Assembly: GCA_035281425.1 (NCBI GenBank)
Contig: DATEDX010000124.1
Span: forward strand, 1 to 60,583
Length of the DNA: 60,583 bases
From: Acidimicrobiia bacterium
GTDB taxonomy: Bacteria; Actinomycetota; Acidimicrobiia; Spongiisociales; ZC4RG35
Direction: 5' to 3'
Below, piece after piece: positions 53,054 to 60,583 of this stretch. How positions within the stretch are numbered: position 1 is the stretch's first letter; each line of letters starts with the position of its first letter. The translations under genes and the position numbers were made by a program. The notes beneath the pieces were generated by a model. It was not told where the DNA came from. It worked only from the letters and a program-made list of their open reading frames with translations, and ran no database searches.

Positions 53054-53626
53054 TCAACCCACCAGTCCCAATATGGCGACGATCACCAGCAGCACCCCGG
53101 TGGCGGTCCGGGCGGGCGGCCCCAGCCGGCGCATCAGACGGTGAAAAGCGGTGAGCCGGCTGGGCCGGTCGATCCAGCCGGCCGCCAGCGGGGCCAGGGC
53201 TCTGCCCGCTCCGAACACAGCGCCGATCACCGCGCCGGCGATGGCGCTACCTGCCAGCAGTTCGACTAGATAGACGGCGTAGACGCCCCAGGTGACGACG
53301 AAGGTGGCTGCGCCCAGACCCAGCTGGGCTCCGAACCCCGCCCCATATACCCAGCCCCGGTACTGGCCGATCCAGCGCTCGTTTACCTGCCGGGCGGGAC
53401 CAGGTGGGGCCACCCGGGTCAGGTCGAGGAGCCCGGCCACCAATGCCACCGCCACCAAACCCCATCGCTGAGCGGTCTCTCCCAGCGGCAGCCAAGAGCC
53501 GACCCATCCCAACCCTGCGCCGACTGCTGCCCCGGCGGCGACCGCGGCCAGGCTGTAGGCGGTGACGGTGATCACCCATCGGTTGTGGCGGGCCCGCTCC
53601 CCGAGCGGGTGGATGCTGGACAGCAT
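53054..53626 (-). CDS. integral membrane protein (190 aa, no Cys)
   Basis: Five to six Gly/Ala-rich hydrophobic segments. GGAGAG lies upstream of ATG 53626. Confidence 0.55.
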   Translation of the reverse strand: MLSSIHPLGERARHNRWVITVTAYSLAAVAAGAAVGAGLGWVGSWLPLGETAQRWGLVAVALVAGLLDLTRVAPPGPARQVNERWIGQYRGWVYGAGFGAQLGLGAATFVVTWGVYAVYLVELLAGSAIAGAVIGAVFGAGRALAPLAAGWIDRPSRLTAFHRLMRRLGPPARTATGVLLVIVAILGLVG

Positions 53627-53700
53627 CGACTCTCCTCAAGGTGACCAGTTGGAGCGGATGGCGGCCAGCAATGCCACCAGCGTTCCCAGCAGAGTGCCGG

Positions 53701-54411
53701 TCATTCGCCCTCCTGGGAAGGTAGAGGATTGTCGAGCAGGCTTCGGTCGCCAGGGAGAATCCCTGCCTGCCGCAACTCCTCCCCAGAGTCGCGGAGCCGT
53801 TCCCGGGTGGTGCGGCGCAGATCGCTCCGACCTGGCGAGTCGGCCAGGGCTCGGCGCATCAGATCCATCACCTGGGGCCAGCTGGCGGCCGAACCTTCCC
53901 CCACCGACACTCCCCGGCCGGCATCGATTAGTTGGAAGAAGGGAGTTCCCGGGACCCGAAAGGCATCCCAGGCATCCGTCGACATGAGGGTGGTGACAGT
54001 GGCCGGGGCCATCCGTCCCACCTCGGCCGGGCTTTCGCCCTCGCTCCCTTTGGTAACGATCACCGGGCGGATGTCGGAGGAGGGAAGGTCGGGGCGGCCG
54101 AGGCTCTCCCAAAAGGTGCGGCACGGGAGGCATCCGGTGGAGAGAAAGGCGAGGAGGACGTAGCCCCGCTGCCCGCTCAACGCCACCGACACCGTCCCCC
54201 CCGATGGGGTGGCGCCGGTGAGCTGAGCCAGGGGCACCGGTTGTCCGGCGATACCCCGTCTCACCGGGACGAGCGGAGCATTTCCTCGCGACTCTCCGGC
54301 GCCGAGGGCATCGAGGGTGCGGAGAATCTCGGCATGGGAGCGAAGCAGGCCTGCTACCAGCACCGCCAGCAGCAGGATCACGATCCCTTCGATGATCACC
54401 AATGGCAACAT
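53701..54411 (-). CDS. membrane-anchored thioredoxin-fold thiol:disulfide oxidoreductase (TlpA/MauD-like)
   Basis: From ATG 54411 (1 nt after the upstream stop): MLPLVIIEGIVILLLAVLVAGLL (TM anchor), then YVLLAFLSTGCLPCRTFW (CxxC). Confidence 0.7.
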   Translation of the reverse strand: MLPLVIIEGIVILLLAVLVAGLLRSHAEILRTLDALGAGESRGNAPLVPVRRGIAGQPVPLAQLTGATPSGGTVSVALSGQRGYVLLAFLSTGCLPCRTFWESLGRPDLPSSDIRPVIVTKGSEGESPAEVGRMAPATVTTLMSTDAWDAFRVPGTPFFQLIDAGRGVSVGEGSAASWPQVMDLMRRALADSPGRSDLRRTTRERLRDSGEELRQAGILPGDRSLLDNPLPSQEGE

Positions 54412-54412
54412 C

Positions 54413-55744
54413 TCATCGCTCCAGTCGGTGCCAGACGACCGGCCGGTCGCCCGTCTGGCCATGGGTAAAGGTGAGCAGGGTTCCCGACCCATCGACTTCG
54501 TTGGAAACCCTCCAGGTGCCGTCGTCGAACCGGCCCGGGGTGTCCACTCCATCGGCGTCCCAATCGCCCACCACCGGAATGTCCCCGGCGTCCCCGAAGG
54601 TGAAGTCGAAATCGGCGCTTCCTGCCGAAAGTGAGTTCCGCAGCAGCCACCGGGTGCCCCTCACCACTCCGTAGCCGTCGACTCCGTCGCCGTTCCAGTC
54701 GCCCACGACCGGAATGTCGCCGGGCTGGCAGAAACTGCAGGTGAAGTCGATGGCGGCGGTGCCCGGTGAGTTGTTGTTGCGTAGCAGCCAACGGGTTCCC
54801 CGCACCACCCCGATCGTCTCCACCCCCTCCCCGTTCCAGTCACCGACCACGGGGATGTCACCGGGGCTGCCGTAGGGGACGATGAGGTCGGGGTCGCCAG
54901 CTCCTTCGATCTGTCGCAGGTACCAGGTGGGGCCACTGCCAGAGATGCCGTGGCGGCTGCCCCGCACCACCCCCGCCGTGGCCACTCCCGCCCCGGTCCA
55001 ATCGGCGGCGAGGGGGGTGTCTTCGGCCAGTCCGTAGGTGAATTGGGTGACCGGGGCCGAGCTGGAGGTGCCTTCTTTGAGGAGCCAGGTGTTGCCCCTC
55101 ACCACCCCCGGCCGCGCCCGGTCGGCGCCCACCGAGGAGTCGGTGACCAGACAAGCTGCGAAGTGGGTGCGGGTGGCGTCTTCCCGGGCGTCTTCGTTGG
55201 TGCAGGTCGAATCCCATTCGAAGGGAGGGACACAGGTGACCACCCGGCAGATGATGGGGCCGATACAGTCGATCCACTGGTTGCACTGGCCGTAGCGGAA
55301 GCGGGTGCAACAGGTCCGCCAGTTGTTGCAGGTGTCGTCGTGGCAGTGACAATCGCAGTTGACGCAGCCGTTGCCGCAGGTGCCACTACCTCCGCAGCTA
55401 CACCCTCCGCAACTGGCCGGGTGACAGTCCATGAAATACCGGGAGCCTCCCCCGCAGAAGTCGTCGTCGCCTTCGGCCCGCCACCAGCCTCCCACCACCG
55501 ACCCGGGAGGGCAGGTGTTGGTGCCGTGAACCTTGCAGCACAACTCGGTCCAGGAGTTGCACCGGGAGTTGGTCGAACAGTCATCGGGCACCACCGCGGC
55601 GTAAGCCGTCACCGGCCGCAAGAGGTAGGTGAGGGGAGCGGTCATCACCGCCGAACCGGCAATGGCCATTCGGCGCAGGAATCCCCGGCGAGAGGTGCGG
55701 CTGGCCAGCGCCTTGCTGGCTGCTTCCACCAGACGGACGCTCAC
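54413..55744 (-). CDS. Tat-signal protein: 24-Cys MauA (methylamine dehydrogenase light chain)-like domain fused to about five FG-GAP/VCBS repeats
   Basis: Tat signal: SRRGFLRRMAIAGSAV...AYA. Then CNSWTELCCKVHGTNTCPPGSVVGGWW...FMDCH... and CSCGGSGTCGNGCVNCDCHCH. Repeats: GDIPVVGDWNG.GV...GVVRGTRWLLRN. GTGA overlap with the MauE-like stop. Confidence 0.75.
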   Translation of the reverse strand: MSVRLVEAASKALASRTSRRGFLRRMAIAGSAVMTAPLTYLLRPVTAYAAVVPDDCSTNSRCNSWTELCCKVHGTNTCPPGSVVGGWWRAEGDDDFCGGGSRYFMDCHPASCGGCSCGGSGTCGNGCVNCDCHCHDDTCNNWRTCCTRFRYGQCNQWIDCIGPIICRVVTCVPPFEWDSTCTNEDAREDATRTHFAACLVTDSSVGADRARPGVVRGNTWLLKEGTSSSAPVTQFTYGLAEDTPLAADWTGAGVATAGVVRGSRHGISGSGPTWYLRQIEGAGDPDLIVPYGSPGDIPVVGDWNGEGVETIGVVRGTRWLLRNNNSPGTAAIDFTCSFCQPGDIPVVGDWNGDGVDGYGVVRGTRWLLRNSLSAGSADFDFTFGDAGDIPVVGDWDADGVDTPGRFDDGTWRVSNEVDGSGTLLTFTHGQTGDRPVVWHRLER

Positions 55745-56259
55745 GTACTGGCGCTCCGGGCTCGCCTGGTCAACAAGGGGAGCCGGGTGAGGAGAAGAAC
55801 CAAGAGATAGGTGGCGAGACCCAGATAAAAGAGATAGGGGAGGCCGGCGGCCGGCTGCTGACCCAGCACCTCAGCCAGGTCCACCCCTCCCTGGGCGGCC
55901 AGCGCCAGGGCTGCCGCGGCGGCGGTGAGGTTGACCGTCAGGTGGAGAAGGGTGGGAGGGGTGTCGGCACGGCCGAAACACCCGCAGGACTGGAGGGGGA
56001 GGTGCCGGTAGAGGGCGATCCCGACGAACCCGGCGAAGGAGGCGTATAACAGCCCGACCGCGAGGACCCCGGCGACCATCCCCCAGAGTCCGGCGAGGGC
56101 CGCTCCCACCTCGATGAGTCCCAGCAGAAGTACCACCAAGGTCGAGGAGGGAAGACCGGCCGCGGCCAGGGCGCCCCGGGTCGGCTGCGGATCCCGGACT
56201 TTGGCTCCCCCGCTTAGTGCCAGGAGGGCAGCGGTGACGAAGAACCACCCCTCGAGCAT
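55741..56259 (-). CDS. MauE/DoxX-family redox-associated membrane protein
   Basis: From ATG 56259: MLEGWFFVTAALLALSGGAKVRDP...LQSCGCFG (the CGCFG motif typical of MauE). Four TM segments. Confidence 0.7.
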   Translation of the reverse strand: MLEGWFFVTAALLALSGGAKVRDPQPTRGALAAAGLPSSTLVVLLLGLIEVGAALAGLWGMVAGVLAVGLLYASFAGFVGIALYRHLPLQSCGCFGRADTPPTLLHLTVNLTAAAAALALAAQGGVDLAEVLGQQPAAGLPYLFYLGLATYLLVLLLTRLPLLTRRARSAST

Positions 56260-56308
56260 CGGTGAGGGCAGGCTAGTGGTGCCCAGCACGGACACCCATT
56301 CCCCACAG

Positions 56309-57796
56309 TTAGGTCCGGCGAACTGAGTAGTAGCGCGAGACGATCCGTCGCCGTCGACGCCGGTAGCGATTGCTGGCGCCGGCCAGCACATGTTCGACCG
56401 GCGGGCCTTGCCGGATCATCTCCCCGGTCACCTCCGAGCCGAGGTAAAGCGGCTCGACCGTCCCCGAGCTTTGGGACCACTCGGTCACGATCTGGACCGG
56501 CAACTGATCCGCTTTGTCGCCGTAGGTGGGGCGGCCCAACAGGCGGCGAAGACCATTGGTAACTCGGGGACCGAGGAGACGTTTGACGGCTTCCCGCCCA
56601 GCACTGGCCGTCAGGTGGGTGGCTTCCCGCAGGCTGCTCCCCGGCGCCGGTCGGAACGTAGCCGCCTCCTTCACCAGCAGGTCGGCGGTCTGGGCGGCCC
56701 CTCCCCTGAGGTTCTTCGGGGGTACCTCGGTGCAGGCCTCGATGAGGTCACGGCGTACCACCGGATCGGCCAGGGAGCTGGTCAGCGAGGCCAGCAGGTC
56801 GGGTTGGTCGGCCCGGGCCGTCAGGGCCAGACCGCGGTCCGCCAGCCATTGGGCTCGGGCCTCTTGGTCGTCGGTGAAGGTGACCGGGTTGGGCACAAAC
56901 AGGGTGGGAAGAGCGGCGGGAATGAATTCGTGGACGGCGTTGTACCCGGCGGCGCTGATCACGGCATCGAAGGCAGCCAGGTAGCGAACCAGGGGATAGA
57001 CCCCCTTCAGTTCGACGATCCGCTCCGGGTCGAGCACCGGCACTCCCTGGAGAGCGATGCTGGCCTTAGTGAGGCAGATCTGCCAGCGTGGGTCGGAGAG
57101 CAAGGTGCGAAGGACCACGGTGGCCGGTTCCGTGATGTCGCCCAGCCGTCCCGAGCCGAGAGTGACCAGCACGGTGAGGCGCTCGGGGTCGAGTCCCAGA
57201 GCCCGGGCGGCTTCCTCGCGGGGGAGAGGCTCGACGACGTCGAGCATGGTCACCGGCGACACCTTGACGGCATCGGTGAGGCCGGCGGTGGCGCCTCGAT
57301 CGGCCTCCGCCGCCAAGTCCCCAGGCTCGATGATCAGATCGAAGACCTCGCCCCGACCCAACCGGTCGCGGTGTTCGCCCGGCCGCCACAAACCCCTTCG
57401 CATCCAGGTGAAGTGGACCCGGGGCAGGCGTGGCCGGGCCCGTATAAGTCCCGGGTAGGGCGCCACCCCGTCGAAGAGCAGCGCTTCGGCCTTGGTCTCC
57501 TTGGCGATCGCCACCAGTCGGTCGCACAGATAGGAATGCCAATGGGCACCTTTCACCCATTGCCGGTCGGACCCGGGGCAATATTCACCAGGAACTTCTC
57601 CGATCACCGCCGGCAGACCCAGGGAGAGGGAGAAGAGGGTGGAGGTGGCCCGCTCCTGACCGGCCATAGCGATGGCGAGTTGACGGGTGAGGTGTCCCAT
57701 GCCCCAGCCGTTGCTGGTCACGAGCAGCAGACGGGTCTTGTCCTCACTGCCCGGCATGCGACCGCTCATCACTGGCCCTTCCGTAGAATTGTCCAC
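56309..57796 (-). CDS. GT-B glycosyltransferase (GT28/MurG-like C-terminal domain) with C-terminal extension
   Basis: LLLVTSNGWGMGHLTRQLAIA; VLVTLGSGRLGD...YLAAFDAVISAAGYNAVHEFIPAALPTLFVPN. The start is uncertain (GTG 57796, ATG 57769 or ATG 57757). Confidence 0.7.
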   Translation of the reverse strand: MDNSTEGPVMSGRMPGSEDKTRLLLVTSNGWGMGHLTRQLAIAMAGQERATSTLFSLSLGLPAVIGEVPGEYCPGSDRQWVKGAHWHSYLCDRLVAIAKETKAEALLFDGVAPYPGLIRARPRLPRVHFTWMRRGLWRPGEHRDRLGRGEVFDLIIEPGDLAAEADRGATAGLTDAVKVSPVTMLDVVEPLPREEAARALGLDPERLTVLVTLGSGRLGDITEPATVVLRTLLSDPRWQICLTKASIALQGVPVLDPERIVELKGVYPLVRYLAAFDAVISAAGYNAVHEFIPAALPTLFVPNPVTFTDDQEARAQWLADRGLALTARADQPDLLASLTSSLADPVVRRDLIEACTEVPPKNLRGGAAQTADLLVKEAATFRPAPGSSLREATHLTASAGREAVKRLLGPRVTNGLRRLLGRPTYGDKADQLPVQIVTEWSQSSGTVEPLYLGSEVTGEMIRQGPPVEHVLAGASNRYRRRRRRIVSRYYSVRRT

Positions 57797-57798
57797 CC

Positions 57799-58620
57799 AT
57801 GACCCTCCCCGCCCCTGCTCCGGTCTATTACTCCCGGCGCGTCCGCCTCTACCTGGCGGACCTGTGGAGCAGGCGGGATTTTGCCTGGTTCCTGGCCATG
57901 GGCAACGTCAAAGCTCGCAACGCCTCCACCGCCCTCGGGCTCCTGTGGTGGGTGATCAACCCCTTGCTGCTCGGATTGGTCTACTACTTCGTCTTCGGGA
58001 TCCTCTTTGAGAGTGCCCGTGACATCTCCTATCTGCTCACCGGGATGTTCGTCTTCCACTTCACCAGCCAGGCGATGAGCGGCGGCGCCAACAGCATCCT
58101 CCAGAACTCGAAGCTCCTCGCCAATCTCAAATTCCCCCGTCTGATCCTGCCCATCTCCAACCTGATCGAGGCCACGGTCGGCTTCCTCGCTTCCTTGGTG
58201 ATCCTCTACGCCATCGCCATTCCGTTCAGCGGCATCTTTCCCGGCCCCTCCATCGTGTTGTTGTTGATCGCCTTACCGCTGCAGTTGATGTTCAACCTAG
58301 GGCTGGCCGCCATCACCGCCCGGATGGCGGTCCCCTTCCGTGACATCAACAACCTGCTGCCCTACGTCAACCGGGTCTGGCTTTACCTTTCGCCCATCAT
58401 CTGGCCGCTTGAGTTCCTCAGCCGGATGTCTCCCACCGTGCAGACCATCGCTGAGATCAATCCCATGTTCCCCATGATCGAGGTGTACCGAGCGGCCCTG
58501 CTTGGTTATCCCCTTGACCTCACCCATCTGGCCTGGTTCGCCTTCTGGGCGGTGGCGGTTCTCATCGTCGGGATCGCCCTCTTCGTCAAGTACGAGGGAC
58601 AGATCGTGAGGTACCTGTGA
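57799..58620 (+). CDS. ABC-2-type polysaccharide/teichoic-acid exporter permease (Wzm/TagG-like)
   Basis: LWSRRDFAWFLAMGNVKARNASTALGLLWWVINPLL, six TM segments, and PMFPMIEVYR near the C-terminus. Confidence 0.85.
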   Translation: MTLPAPAPVYYSRRVRLYLADLWSRRDFAWFLAMGNVKARNASTALGLLWWVINPLLLGLVYYFVFGILFESARDISYLLTGMFVFHFTSQAMSGGANSILQNSKLLANLKFPRLILPISNLIEATVGFLASLVILYAIAIPFSGIFPGPSIVLLLIALPLQLMFNLGLAAITARMAVPFRDINNLLPYVNRVWLYLSPIIWPLEFLSRMSPTVQTIAEINPMFPMIEVYRAALLGYPLDLTHLAWFAFWAVAVLIVGIALFVKYEGQIVRYL

Positions 58621-59381
58621 GCCGTCCCGCTCTCTACGTCGAGAACCTCAGCGTCCGCTTCCGGCCCTACATCGACCGCAAGCCCACCTTGCGCAAGTCG
58701 ATCAACCGCTTCCGGGCCCGGGAACAGGTGGAGGTGGTCGCTCTCGACAACGTCTCTTTCCAGGTGGCGAAGGGCGAAGCCTTCGGGATCATCGGTCGCA
58801 ACGGGGCCGGCAAGAGCACTCTGCTCAGATGCCTGGCCGGCACCCTCCGCCCCAACTCCGGGAAGGTGGTGATCAACGGCCGCACCTCCACCCTCCTCCA
58901 GCTGGGGGTGGGCTTCAACCCCGAGCTGTCCGGGCGCCGCAACGTTTACCTGGGAGGTCTCGCCGCCGGCCTCCGCAAGAGACAGATCGACGAGCTCTAC
59001 GACAGCATCGTTGAATACGCCGAATTGGAGGACGCCATCAATCGTCCCCTGAAGACCTACTCCTCGGGGATGTTCTCTCGCCTCGCCTTTTCGGTGGGCA
59101 TGCACCTCGACCCCGACATCCTGCTGCTGGACGAGGTGCTAGCGGTGGGGGATCTCGGTTTTCGGGACAAGAGCATGCAATCGATGCAGGACCTGCTCGA
59201 TCGCAGCGGCACCATCGTTTTCGTGTCTCACAGTCTCGGCAGTGTCAAAGACTTCTGCGATCATGCGATCTGGCTTGAGCAGGGGCGTGTCCGGGAAGCG
59301 GGTCAGGCCGCGGAAGTCGTAGACGCCTATGAGGCGCACTCGAGATCCAAGAAGACCGAGGTGAAGGTCAACAATAAGTGA
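58617..59381 (+). CDS. ABC-type polysaccharide/teichoic-acid exporter ATP-binding protein (Wzt/TagH-like)
   Basis: Walker A: GRNGAGKSTLL. Signature: YSSGMFSRLAFS. Walker B: ILLLDEVLAVGD. The start overlaps the permease stop. Confidence 0.9.
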   Translation: MSRPALYVENLSVRFRPYIDRKPTLRKSINRFRAREQVEVVALDNVSFQVAKGEAFGIIGRNGAGKSTLLRCLAGTLRPNSGKVVINGRTSTLLQLGVGFNPELSGRRNVYLGGLAAGLRKRQIDELYDSIVEYAELEDAINRPLKTYSSGMFSRLAFSVGMHLDPDILLLDEVLAVGDLGFRDKSMQSMQDLLDRSGTIVFVSHSLGSVKDFCDHAIWLEQGRVREAGQAAEVVDAYEAHSRSKKTEVKVNNK

Positions 59382-60583
59382 ACCGAAGTAGCGGTGGCGC
59401 CCCGTTGACTGCCCAAGGTCACCTGTCACAGCTGGCACGCGGCGCTGGTCGTAGACGATTCTGGCTCTGGTTCGCTGTCATCCTCACTCTGGTGATTCTT
59501 GTGGCTTCGTTTGGGGAGCTAACAAGGTTCCCGGAGTGGGACGAGGCGGTTTTCTGGTCACAGTCTGGCGGATACGCCGGTAACGATGCCCCGCCTTCCG
59601 TCATGGCCGCCAGTCGAGAGCTTGGTCCACCTGTGCTGATTGGATGGTTGCGGCAGTTTGGCCTTTCTCTATTTGGTGTTCGACTGGCATGGAGTGCCCT
59701 CACGATCGCCGTCTTGGTTACCGCGTGCTGGCGTTTGGACCGGCACTTCGGCCCCTATAGCGGATTGGTAGCGACGGCGTTCATTGGGACGAGTTGGCTA
59801 TTCGTCGCATATGCCGCTGGCTTCTACAGCTCATGCCTAGCAGCGGTCTTAGGGCTTCTCGTGTTTGCTCTATACCTCGACATTCGTACCGACCCTAGAA
59901 GCCGATGGATCTGGTTGTGGGGATTGGCAGCGTCAATGGCTTTGTGGATGAGACCGTTCGAGACAACCCTAATACTATTGGTTGTGATCGGCCACAGCGT
60001 CGTAGAAAGACCCCGCTTCCTCTGGAAGAGGAAGCCACCATCACTTATTGCGGGCTTCGCCATGATCCTGGTCCTATTCGCCATCCCCTGGATTGTAGAT
60101 TCGATCAACAGGTTCGGAGGTGTCGTGGAGCGGTTAACTCTCGCCTCTGAACAGGGGTTTGCTATAGGTGTCGGATTTCGTCTTATGCCGTATATCGACT
60201 ATCTCGGCGGTGCCCAACAGGCCAACAATATTTTTACGGAAATACCCGACTGGCCGGGAGTAGTGGTGGTGGGTTTCATCATAATCTGCGTAGCCTTGGC
60301 CGGGTTCCATGTTAGAAGGCGGGTTCAACCTCGTTCGGAGTGGATTCTCATGGGCGCTTTAGCAGTGGTTGGTTTCGCATTTTATTTCGTCTTCGCCGAG
60401 CAACTTCGCGATCGCTATTTGTTGTATGGTCTTGTATTCGTACTCGGATTATGCGGGTTCGCCGTGGCGCGTTGGGTACATGGATCGGCGAGGTCGCGAG
60501 TAGTGCTCACTGTCGGTGGACTGCTGCTGTGGACATTTGCAAACATCGCCATAGCCGGTCCGTACCAAAGGGCGCGCGCCATA
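59378..60583 (+). CDS. polytopic membrane protein, GT-C (ArnT/PMT-like) glycosyltransferase candidate; partial, runs off the right edge
   Basis: Hand translation from GTG 59378 (GTGA overlap with the ABC ATPase stop) is open for 402 codons to the window end. It has more than 9 hydrophobic segments. FPEWDEAVFWSQ in the first loop resembles the GT-C DE motif. G+C is visibly lower and the rare codons TTA, ATA and AGA appear. It is not in the ORF track because it has no stop in the window. Confidence 0.55.
   Translation, partial: MNRSSGGAPLTAQGHLSQLARGAGRRRFWLWFAVILTLVILVASFGELTRFPEWDEAVFWSQSGGYAGNDAPPSVMAASRELGPPVLIGWLRQFGLSLFGVRLAWSALTIAVLVTACWRLDRHFGPYSGLVATAFIGTSWLFVAYAAGFYSSCLAAVLGLLVFALYLDIRTDPRSRWIWLWGLAASMALWMRPFETTLILLVVIGHSVVERPRFLWKRKPPSLIAGFAMILVLFAIPWIVDSINRFGGVVERLTLASEQGFAIGVGFRLMPYIDYLGGAQQANNIFTEIPDWPGVVVVGFIIICVALAGFHVRRRVQPRSEWILMGALAVVGFAFYFVFAEQLRDRYLLYGLVFVLGLCGFAVARWVHGSARSRVVLTVGGLLLWTFANIAIAGPYQRARAI

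Noticed and set aside
54950-55810. 286-aa plus-strand ORF opposite the Cys-rich Tat protein
   Set aside because: The minus-strand frame has a Tat signal, an ordered Cys pattern and clean FG-GAP repeats. The plus frame is Gly/Ala/Val/Arg low-complexity.
53701-56259. Canonical methylamine dehydrogenase (mau) cluster
   Set aside because: No heavy-subunit (mauB), mauG di-haem peroxidase, mauF or amicyanin gene is present. The light-chain-like domain is fused to FG-GAP repeats, so it is reported as an orphan or novel module instead.
56390-57802. 470-aa plus-strand ORF opposite the GT28-like glycosyltransferase
   Set aside because: The minus-strand product has GT-B motifs. The plus-strand product is Gly/Arg/Pro-rich. 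It is an antisense artefact.
1-60583. rRNA, tRNA, CRISPR arrays, transposases, integrases, prophage or toxin-antitoxin/defence genes
   Set aside because: I scanned intergenic regions and translations by eye. There are no T-loop/cloverleaf-like sequences, no repeat-spacer arrays and no recognisable recombinase or defence-system motifs. A tool-based scan (tRNAscan-SE, Infernal, DefenseFinder) is still advisable.

Overview
This is a 60.6-kb, gene-dense, high-GC chromosomal segment (roughly two-thirds G+C by eye) that looks Actinomycetota-like; the taxon is an inference. I support about 60 protein-coding genes and found no rRNA, tRNA, CRISPR array, transposase or integrase.

Gene content from left to right:
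- a partner-switching stress module: two STAS antagonists plus a fused GAF-PP2C-kinase protein
- a divergent SARP/AfsR-like STAND regulator
- LysR, SerB, MgtC-like, EamA, DinB, zf-UBP and TauE genes
- DNA-repair genes: AlkZ-like, Mug and topoisomerase IB
- a YCII + ECF42-type sigma pair
- a LacI-linked catabolic block: LLM oxidoreductase, crotonase, CoA-transferase, SDR, Liv-type ABC importer, hydratase, cupin and HIBADH-like dehydrogenase
- an MFS transporter fused to a cNMP-binding domain, and an orphan histidine kinase
- TerC and USP genes
- a cell-envelope glycan export block: GT28-like glycosyltransferase, ABC-2 exporter and a lower-GC GT-C-like membrane protein that runs off the right edge

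The most unusual features:
1. A tightly coupled minus-strand operon (about 53.7-56.3 kb) encodes a MauE-like membrane protein, a Tat-signal protein and a MauD/TlpA-like thioredoxin. The Tat protein has 24 Cys in a methylamine-dehydrogenase-light-chain-like domain fused to FG-GAP repeats. No mauB or mauG is present.
2. Two families of structured intergenic repeats occur. One is a 48-bp REP-like palindrome in 4 copies, two of them read through in frame as C-terminal tails. The other is a 103-bp triple-hairpin MITE-like element in 2 copies.
3. A 13-unit heptanucleotide tandem repeat lies between two genes next to the stress module.
4. A 59-codon BmtA/SmtA-like metallothionein ORF falls below the ORF-track cutoff.

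All functional calls come from reading motifs in the translations by eye. No database search was run.
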